Source: Balanoglossus misakiensis | Lineage: Eukaryota > Animalia > Hemichordata | DNA: 64,000 nucleotides | Assembly: GCA_040954595.2 (NCBI GenBank) | Contig: CM082582.2 | Coordinates: 8,731,383 to 8,795,382 of the forward strand | Direction: 5' to 3' | Part shown: positions 54,101 to 64,000 of the stretch, in pieces | How positions within the stretch are numbered: the first letter of the stretch is position 1 | How the letters are laid out: every line of letters starts with the position of its first letter | The notes under the pieces: model-generated | Databases searched by the model: none | The model's input: only the letters and a program-made list of their open reading frames with translations | Told to the model about the DNA's origin: nothing | Position numbers and translations under genes: made by a program

Positions 54101-57100
54101 TCATCCAAAAATGAGAATTTTTCGACTTTGCGGAATTTCAAAATTTGGCCGATTTTTGAAAAAATCATGGGTTATAGCTCATGAAAATCATCCAAAAATG
54201 AGAATTTTTCGACTTTTCGGAATTTCAAAATTTGGCCGATTTTTGAAAAAATCATGGGTTATAGCTCATGAAAATCATCCAAAAATGAGAATTTTTCGAC
54301 TTTGCGGAATTTCAAAATTTGGCCGATTTTTGAAAAAATCATGGGTTATAGCTCATGAAAATCATCCAAAATGCGAATTTTTCGACTTTGCGGAATTTCA
54401 AAATTTGGCCGATTTTTGAAAAAATCATGGGTTATAGCTCATGAAAATCATCCAAAAATGCGAATTTTTCGACTTTGCGGAATTTCAAAATTTGGCCGAT
54501 TTTTGAAAAAATCATGGGTTATAGCTCATGAAAATCATCCAAAAATGCGAATTTTTCGACTTTGCGGAATTTCAAAATTTGGCCGATTTTTGAAAAAATC
54601 ATGGGTTATAGCTCATGAAAATCATCCAAAAATGAGAATTTTTCGACTTTGCGGAATTTCAAAATTTGGCCGATTTTTGAAAAAATCATGGGTTATAGCT
54701 CATGAAAATCATCCAAAAATGAGAATTTTTCGACTTTGCGGAATTTCAAAATTTGGCCGATTTTTTAAAAAATCATGGGTTATAGCTCATGAAAATCATC
54801 CAAAAATGAGAATTTTTCGACTTTTCGGAATTTAAAAATTTGGCCGATTTTTGAAAAAATCATGGGTTATAGCTCATGAAAATCATCCAAAAATTAGAAT
54901 TTTTCGACTATTCGGAATTTCAAAATTTGGCCGATTTTTGAAAAAATCAAGGGTTATAGCTCATGAAAATCATCCAAAAATGAGAATTTTTCGACTTTGC
55001 GGAATTTCAAAATTTGGCCGATTTTTGAAAAAATCATGGGTTATAGCTCATGAAAATCATCCAAAAATGAGAATTTTTCGACTTTTCGGAATTTCAAAAT
55101 ATGGCCGATTTTTGAAAAAATCATGGGTTATAGCTCATGAAAATCATCCAAAAATGAGAATTTTTCGACTTTGCGGAATTTCAAAATTTGGCCGATTTTT
55201 GAAAAAATCATGGGTTATAGCTCATGAAAATCATCCAAAACTGAGAATTTTTCGACTTTGCGGAATTTCAAAATTTGGCCGATTTTTGAAAAAATCATGG
55301 GTTATAGCTCATGAAAATCATCCAAAACTGAGAATTTTTCGACTTTGCGGAATTTCAAAATTTGGCCGATTTTTGAAAAAATCATGGGTTATAGCTCATG
55401 AAAATCATCCAAAACTGAGAATTTTTCGACTTTGCGGAATTTCAAAATTTGGCCGATTTTTGAAAAAATCATGGGTTATAGCTCATGAAAATCATCCAAA
55501 AATGAGAATTTTTCGACTTTGCGGAATTTCAAAATTTGGTCGATTTTTGAAAAAATCATGGGTTATAGCTCATGAAAATCATCCAAAAATGAGAATTTTT
55601 CGACTTTGCGGAATTTCAAAATTTGGCCGATTTTTGAAAAAATCATGGGTTATAGCTCATGAAAATCATCCAAAAATGAGAATTTTTCGACTTTGCGGAA
55701 TTTCAAAATTTGGCCGATTTTTGAAAAAATCATGGGTTATAGCTCATGAAAATCATCCAAAAATGAGAATTTTTCGACTTTGCGGAATTTCAAAATTTGG
55801 CCGATTTTTGAAAAAATCATGGGTTATAGCTCATGAAAATCATCCAAAAATGAGAATTTTTCGACTTTTCGGAATTTAAAAATTTGGCCGATTTTTGAAA
55901 AAATCATGGGTTATAGCTCATGAAAATCATCCAAAAATGAGAATTTTTCGACTTTGCGGAATTTCAAAATTTGGCCGATTTTTGAAAAAATCATGGGTTA
56001 TAGCTCATGAAAATCATCCAAAACTGAGAATTTTTCGACTTTGCGGAATTTCAAAATTTGGCCGATTTTTGAAAAAATCATGGGTTATAGCTCATGAAAA
56101 TCATCCAAAACTGAGAATTTTTCGACTTTGCGGAATTTCAAAATTTGGCCGATTTTTGAAAAAATCATGGGTTATAGCTCATGAAAATCATCCAAAAATG
56201 AGAATTTTTCGACTTTGCGGAATTTCAAAATTTGGCCGATTTTTGAAAAAATCATGGGTTATAGCTCATGAAAATCATCCAAAAATGAGAATTTTTCGAC
56301 TTTGCGGAATTTCAAAATTTGGCCGATTTTTGAAAAAATCATGGGTTATAGCTCATGAAAATCATCCAAAATGAGAATTTTTCGACTTTGCGGAATTTCA
56401 AAATTTGGCCGATTTTTGAAAAAATCATGGGTTATAGCTCATGAAAATCATCCAAAAATGAGAATTTTTCGACTTTGCGGAATTTCAAAATTTGGCCGAT
56501 TTTTGAAAAAATCATGGGTTATAGCTCATGAAAATCATCCAAAAATGAGAATTTTTCGACTTTGCGGAATTTCAAAATTTGGCCGATTTTTGAAAAAATC
56601 ATGGGTTATAGCTCATGAAAATCATCCAAAAATGAGAATTTTTCGACTTTGCGGAATTTCAAAATTTGGCCGATTTTTGAAAAAATCATGGGTTATAGCT
56701 CATGAAAATCATCCAAAAATGAGAATTTTTCGACTTTGCGGAATTTCAAAATTTGGCCGATTTTTGAAAAAATCATGGGTTATAGCTCATGAAAATCATC
56801 CAAAAATGAGAATTTTTCGACTTTGCGGAATTTCAAAATTTGGCCGATTTTTGAAAAAATCATGGGTTATAGCTCATGAAAATCATCCAAAACTGAGAAT
56901 TTTTCGACTTTGCGGAATTTCAAAATTTGGCCGATTTTTGAAAAAATCATGGGTTATAGCTCATGAAAATCATCCAAAACTGAGAATTTTTCGACTTTGC
57001 GGAATTTCAAAATTTGGCCGATTTTTGAAAAAATCATGGGTTATAGCTCATGAAAATCATCCAAAACTGAGAATTTTTCGACTTTGCGGAATTTCAAAAT

Positions 57101-60100
57101 TTGGCCGATTTTTGAAAAAATCATGGGTTATAGCTCATGAAAATCATCCAAAAATGAGAATTTTTCGACTTTGCGGAATTTCAAAATTTGGCCGATTTTT
57201 GAAAAAATCATGGGTTATAGCTCATGAAAATCATCCAAAAATGAGAATTTTTCGACTTTGCGGAATTTCAAAATTTGGCCGATTTTTGAAAAAATCATGG
57301 GTTATAGCTCATGAAAATCATCCAAAAATGAGAATTTTTCGACTTTGCGGAATTTAAAAATTTGGCCGATTTTTGAAAAAATCACGGGTTATAGCTCATG
57401 AAAATCATCCAAAAATGAGAATTTTTCGACTATTCGGAATTTCAAAATTTGGCCGATTTTTGAAAAAATCACGGGTTATAGCTCATGAAAATCATCCAAA
57501 AATGAGAATTTTTCGACTTTTCGGAATTTCAAAATTTGGCCGATTTTTGAAAAAATCATGGGTTATAGCTCATGAAAATCATCCAAAAATGAGAATTTTT
57601 CGACTTTGCGGAATTTCAAAATTTGGCCGATTTTTGAAAAAATCATGGGTTATAGCTCATGAAAATCATCCAAAAATGAGAATTTTTCGACTTTGCGGAA
57701 TTTCAAAATTTGGCCGATTTTTGAAAAAATCATGGGTTATAGCTCATGAAAATCATCCAAAAATGAGAATTTTTCGACTTTGCGGAATTTCAAAATTTGG
57801 CCGATTTTTGAAAAAATCATGGGTTATAGCTCATGAAAATCATCCAAAAATGAGAATTTTTCGACTTTGCGGAATTTCAAAATTTGGCCGATTTTTGAAA
57901 AAATCATGGGTTATAGCTCATGAAAATCATCCAAAAATGAGAATTTTTCGACTTTGCGGAATTTCAAAATTTGGCCGATTTTTGAAAAAATCATGGGTTA
58001 TAGCTCATGAAAATCATCCAAAAATGAGAATTTTTCGACTTTGCGGAATTTCAAAATTTGGCCGATTTTTGAAAAAATCATGGGTTATAGCTCATGAAAA
58101 TCATCCAAAAATGAGAATTTTTCGACTTTGCGGAATTTCATAATTTGGCCGATTTTTGAAAAAATCATGGGTTATAGCTCATGAAAATCATCCAAAAATG
58201 AGAATTTTTCGACTTTGCGGAATTTCAAAATTTGGCCGATTTTTGAAAAAATCATGGGTTATAGCTCATGAAAATCATCCAAAAATGCGAATTTTTCGAC
58301 TTTGCGGAATTTCAAAATTTGGCCGATTTTTGAAAAAATCATGGGTTATAGCTCATGAAAATCATCCAAAAATGAGAATTTTTCGACTTTGCGGAATTTC
58401 AAAATTTGGCCGATTTTTGAAAAAATCATGGGTTATAGCTCATGAAAATCATCCAAAAATGAGAATTTTTCGACTTTGCGGAATTTCAAAATTTGGCCGA
58501 TTTTTTGAAAAAATCATGGGTTATAGCTCATGAAAATCATCCAAAAATGAGAATTTTTCGACTTTGCGGAATTTCAAAATTTGGCCGATTTTTGAAAAAA
58601 TCATGGGTTATAGCTCATGAAAATCATCCAAAAATGAGAATTTTTCGACTTTGCGGAATTTCAAAATTTGGCCGATTTTTGAAAAAATCATGGGTTATAG
58701 CTCATGAAAATCATCCAAAAATGAGAATTTTTCGACTTTGCGGAATTTCATAATTTGGCCGATTTTTGAAAAAATCATGGGTTATAGCTCATGAAAATCA
58801 TCCAAAAATGAGAATTTTTCGACTTTGCGGAATTTCAAAATTTGGCCGATTTTTGAAAAAATCATGGGTTATAGCTCATGAAAATCATCCAAAAATGAGA
58901 ATTTTTCGACTTTGCGGAATTTCAAAATTTGGCCGATTTTTGAAAAAATCATGGGTTATAGCTCATGAAAATCATCCAAAAATGAGAATTTTTCGACTTT
59001 GCGGAATTTCAAAATTTGGCCGATTTTTGAAAAAATCATGGGTTATAGCTCATGAAAATCATCCAAAAATGAGAATTTTTCGACTTTGCGGAATTTCAAA
59101 ATTTGGCCGATTTTTGAAAAAATCATGGGTTATAGCTCCTGAAAATCATCCAAAAATGAGAATTTTTCGACTTTGCGGAATTTCAAAATTTGGCCGATTT
59201 TTGAAAAAATCATGGGTTATAGCTCCTGAAAATCATCCAAAAATGAGAATTTTTCGACTTTGCGGAATTTCAAAATTTGGCCGATTTTTGAAAAAATCAT
59301 GGGTTATAGCTCATGAAAATCATCCAAAAATGAGAATTTTTCGACTTTGCGGAATTTCAAAATTTGGCCGATTTTTGAAAAAATCATGGGTTATAGCTCA
59401 TGAAAATCATCCAAAAATGAGAATTTTTCGACTTTGCGGAATTTCAAAATTTGGCCGATTTTTGAAAAAATCATGGGTTATATGCTCATGAAAATCATCC
59501 AAAAATGAGAATTTTTCGACTTTGCGGAATTTCAAAATTTGGCCGATTTTTGAAAAAATCATGGGTTATAGCTCATGAAAATCATCCAAAAATGAGAATT
59601 TTTCGACTTTGCGGAATTTCAAAATTTGGCCGATTTTTGAAAAAATCATGGGTTATAGCTCATGAAAATCATCCAAAAATGCGAATTTTTCGACTTTGCG
59701 GAATTTCAAAATTTGGCCGATTTTTGAAAAAATCATGGGTTATAGCTCATGAAAATCATCCAAAAATGCGAATTTTTCGACTTTGCGGAATTTCAAAATT
59801 TGGCCGATTTTTGAAAAAATCATGGGTTATAGCTCATGAAAATCATCCAAAAATGAGAATTTTTCGACTTTGCGGAATTTCAAAATTTGGCCGATTTTTG
59901 AAAAAATCATGGGTTATAGCTCATGAAAATCATCCAAAAATGAGAATTTTTCGACTTTGCGGAATTTCAAAATTTGGCCGATTTTTGAAAAAATCATGGG
60001 TTATAGCTCATGAAAATCATCCAAAAATGAGAATTTTTCGACTTTGCGGAATTTCAAAATTTGGCCGATTTTTGAAAAAATCATGGGTTATATGCTCATG

Positions 60101-62077
60101 AAAATCATCCAAAAATGAGAATTTTTCGACTTTGCGGAATTTCAAAATTTGGCCGATTTTTGAAAAAATCATGGGTTATAGCTCATGAAAATCATCCAAA
60201 AATGAGAATTTTTCGACTTTGCGGAATTTCAAAATTTGGCCGATTTTTGAAAAAATCATGGGTTATAGCTCATGAAAATCATCCAAAAATGCGAATTTTT
60301 CGACTTTGCGGAATTTCAAAATTTGGCCGATTTTTGAAAAAATCATGGGTTATAGCTCATGAAAATCATCCAAAAATGCGAATTTTTCGACTTTGCGGAA
60401 TTTCAAAATTTGGCCGATTTTTGAAAAAATCATGGGTTATAGCTCATGAAAATCATCCAAAAATGAGAATTTTTCGACTTTGCGGAATTTCAAAATTTGG
60501 CCGATTTTTGAAAAAATCATGGGTTATAGCTCATGAAAATCATCCAAAAATGAGAATTTTTCGACTTTGCGGAATTTCAAAATTTGGCCGATTTTTGAAA
60601 AAATCATGGGTTATAGCTCATGAAAATCATCCAAAAATGAGAATTTTTCGACTTTGTGCGGAATTTCAAAATTTGGCCGATTTTTGAAAAAATCATGGGT
60701 TATAGCTCATGAAAATCATCCAAAAATGAGAATTTTTCGACTTTGCGGAATTTCAAAATTTGGCCGATTTTTGAAAAAATCATGGGTTATAGCTCATGAA
60801 AATCATCCAAAACTGAGAATTTTTCGACTTTGCGGAATTTCAAAATTTGGCCGATTTTTGAAAAAATCATGGGTTATAGCTCATGAAAATCATCCAAAAA
60901 TGAGAATTTTTCGACTTTTCGGAATTTCAAAATTTGGCCGATTTTTGAAAAAATCATGGGTTATAGCTCATGAAAATCATCCAAAAATGAGAATTTTTCG
61001 ACTTTGCGGAATTTCAAAATTTGGCCGATTTTTGAAAAAATCATGGGTTATAGCTCATGAAAATCATCCAAAAATGAGAATTTTTCGACTTTTCGGAATT
61101 TCAAAATTTGGCCGATTTTTGAAAAAATCATGGGTTATAGCTCATGAAAATCATCCAAAAATGAGAATTTTTCGACTTTGCGGAATTTCAAAATTTGGCC
61201 GATTTTTGAAAAAATCATGGGTTATAGCTCATGAAAATCATCCAAAATGCGAATTTTTCGACTTTGCGGAATTTCAAAATTTGGCCGATTTTTGAAAAAA
61301 TCATGGGTTATAGCTCATGAAAATCATCCAAAAATGCGAATTTTTCGACTTTGCGGAATTTCAAAATTTGGCCGATTTTTGAAAAAATCATGGGTTATAG
61401 CTCATGAAAATCATCCAAAAATGAGAATTTTTCGACTTTGCGGAATTTCAAAATTTGGCCGATTTTTGAAAAAATCATGGGTTATAGCTCATGAAAATCA
61501 TCCAAAAATGAGAATTTTTCGACTTTGCGGAATTTCAAAATTTGGCCGATTTTTGAAAAAATCATGGGTTATAGCTCATGAAAATCATCCAAAAATGAGA
61601 ATTTTTCGACTTTGCGGAATTTCAAAATTTGGCCGATTTTTGAAAAAATCATGGGTTATAGCTCATGAAAATCATCCAAAAATGAGAATTTTTCGACTTT
61701 GCGGAATTTCAAAATTTGGCCGATTTTTGAAAAAATCATGGGTTATAGCTCATGAAAATCATCCAAAAATGAGAATTTTTCGACTTTGTGGAATTTCAAA
61801 ATTTGGCCGATTTTTGAAAAAAATCATGGGTTATAGCTCATGAAAATCATCCGAAAATGAGAATTTTTTGATTTTGCGGAATTTCAAAATTTGGCCGATT
61901 TTTGAAAACATCATTGGTTATAGCTCATGAAAATCATCCAAAAATGAGAATTTTTCGACTTTGCGGAATTTCAAAATTTGGCCGATTTTTGAAAAAATCA
62001 TGGGTTATAGCTCATGAAAATCATCCAAAAATGAGAATTTTTCGACTTTGCGGAATTTCAAAATTTGGCCGATTTTT
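51116..62077 (+). repeat. 87-bp tandem satellite, ~126 units
   Basis: Unit AAAAAATCATGGGTTATAGCTCATGAAAATCATCCAAAAATGAGAATTTTTCGACTTTGCGGAATTTCAAAATTTGGCCGATTTTTG, head-to-tail and nearly invariant. Confidence 0.98.
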
Positions 62078-62888
62078 ATATATAATTCCCCCGTATTTCG
62101 AACGAGTGTGCCTGCGTCGCGGACGAGTGATTCTCCGTATAGCGGCCGTATCCCTCCGAGCCGCAGGCGAGGAGGGATACAGCTATACGGGGAATCACGA
62201 GTTCGCGACGCAGGTACACGAGTGAGGAATACGGGGGAATTATATGTTTATCACATACATAGATCCGCTAATTTTGATTTTCAAATAAATCTCTTTGTGG
62301 TTGCGATAAAATTTGGAACTATTTTGTGCAAAATTGAAGATCGATGTTATGCGGTCTATCTGTCAGGTGACTCAGGTCACGACCTGGACGATTCTGGTTT
62401 TGGCGAGGACCCGTCTGTCGTGCTGGATTTCATCGTCCGTCAAGGTTTCACTGGAGCAGGAAACCTTTCTTGTGCCTTTTGCTTTATGACTAGACCGTTT
62501 TGCTCTAATCGTCGCATCAAAATTTTTGCGAATACTCAGTTTTGTACCTGTCGCTCGTTCGACAACGCGACGACTTTGGCTCAGCACTGACGACCTCGCG
62601 ACAGTTTTGGTGCAGGTTGGTGCGATAAAAATGTACACAGGTAAAACTAATCGTCGATCGTCCATATTTACACATACGAAACATTTTATTTATCTTTGCT
62701 TATTTTTTATTATCGAAATAAAACCAACAATTGCACTGAATTTTGTCGCCCTAAGAGGACTTTGTTTACAAGTTTAAAATAGTTCCGTTTGGTGACGTCA
62801 GAGGGATGGGTATTACAATAACGCTTGGTGCAAATTTACCTACGTCTGACGTCATACTATGGTATATGCGGAGCTATGTATGTGATAA
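62078..62888. mobile_element. ~810-bp non-autonomous element with a long terminal hairpin and asymmetric 21-bp inverted repeats (Crypton-like), inserted in the satellite
   Basis: Satellite phase is preserved across it (GGCCGATTTTT | insert | TTAAAAAAATCATGGG). Imperfect palindrome at 62080-62245. TTATCACATACATAGATCCGC (62248-62268) is the 20/21 reverse complement of GCGGAGCTATGTATGTGATAA (62868-62888). No recognisable coding. The Crypton assignment is from recalled architecture, not a search. Confidence 0.8.
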
Positions 62889-62890
62889 TT

Positions 62891-64000
62891 AAAAAAATCA
62901 TGGGTTATAGCTCATGAAAATCATCCAAAAATGAGAATTTTTCGACTTTGCGGAATTTCAAAATTTGGCCGATTTTTTAAAAAATCATGGGTTATAGCTC
63001 ATGAAAATCATCCAAAAATGAGAATTTTTCGACTTTGCGGAATTTCAAAATTTGGCCGATTTTTGAAAAAATCATGGGTTATAGCTCATGAAAATCATCC
63101 AAAAATGAGAATTTTTCGACTTTTCGGAATTTAAAAATTTGGCCGATTTTTGAAAAAATCATGGGTTATAGCTCATGAAAATCATCCAAAAATTAGAATT
63201 TTTCGACTATTCGGAATTTCAAAATTTGGCCGATTTTTGAAAAAATCATGGGTTATAGCTCATGAAAATCATCCAAAAATGAGAATTTTTCGACTTTGCG
63301 GAATTTCAAAATTTGGCCGATTTTTGAAAAAATCATGGGTTATAGCTCATGAAAATCATCCAAAAATGAGAATTTTTCGACTTTTCGGAATTTCAAAATT
63401 TGGCCGATTTTTGAAAAAATCATGGGTTATAGCTCATGAAAATCATCCAAAAATGAGAATTTTTCGACTTTGCGGAATTTCAAAATTTGGCCGATTTTTG
63501 AAAAAATCATGGGTTATAGCTCATGAAAATCATCCAAAACTGAGAATTTTTCGACTTTGCGGAATTTCAAAATTTGGCCGATTTTTGAAAAAATCATGGG
63601 TTATAGCTCATGAAAATCATCCAAAACTGAGAATTTTTCGACTTTGCGGAATTTCAAAATTTGGCCGATTTTTGAAAAAATCATGGGTTATAGCTCATGA
63701 AAATCATCCAAAAATGAGAATTTTTCGACTTTGCGGAATTTCAAAATTTGGCCGATTTTTGAAAAAATCATGGGTTATAGCTCATGAAAATCATCCAAAA
63801 ATGAGAATTTTTCGACTTTGCGGAATTTCAAAATTTGGCCGATTTTTGAAAAAATCATGGGTTATAGCTCATGAAAATCATCCAAAAATGAGAATTTTTC
63901 GACTTTGCGGAATTTCAAAATTTGGCCGATTTTTGAAAAAATCATGGGTTATAGCTCATGAAAATCATCCAAAAATGAGAATTTTTCGACTTTGCGGAAT
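62891..64000 (+). repeat. 87-bp satellite continued, ~13 units, running off the window
   Basis: Same unit as 51116-62077. Confidence 0.98.

Noticed and set aside
51154-62047. Long ORFs up to 508 aa of a repeated 29-aa peptide (MRIFRLCGISKFGRFLKKSWVIAHENHPK)
   Set aside because: Artefact of an 87-bp unit (multiple of 3) lacking a stop in one frame; stops and frameshifts occur freely among units.
62048-62777. ORFs of 180, 97 and 83 aa inside the inserted element
   Set aside because: No transposase, tyrosine recombinase or HUH motifs; the longest starts in satellite and crosses the palindrome.
51116-64000. CRISPR-like array
   Set aside because: Units are contiguous with no unique spacers, the context is eukaryotic, and there are no cas genes. 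The same applies to the 129-bp repeat.

Overview
Eukaryotic (metazoan, probably marine invertebrate) genomic DNA with spliceosomal GT-AG introns; the ORF track is mostly noise, so genes were assembled by hand from splice sites and reading-frame phase. 1-11 kb: no recognisable protein, but weak signs of a minus-strand spliced transcript. 11.5-26.1 kb: a compact co-oriented enzyme cluster of cytochrome b5 (6 exons), three tandem histamine-N-methyltransferase-like SAM methyltransferases (3 exons each) and a 15-hydroxyprostaglandin-dehydrogenase-like SDR (7 exons). 32.1-42.1 kb: a 4-exon type I membrane protein (CUB + LDLa + TM). 46.1-46.7 kb: tRNA-Cys(GCA) and tRNA-Leu(TAA). 46.9-51.1 kb: repeat-rich, transposon-like or pseudogenic DNA including a 129-bp minisatellite. 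51.1-64 kb: a very homogeneous 87-bp satellite with higher-order structure, interrupted at ~62.08-62.89 kb by an ~810-bp non-coding hairpin element resembling non-autonomous Cryptons. The strongest leads are the enzyme cluster, whose methyltransferases appear to have a re-engineered substrate pocket, and the hairpin element, whose mismatches look selected for ssDNA folding.
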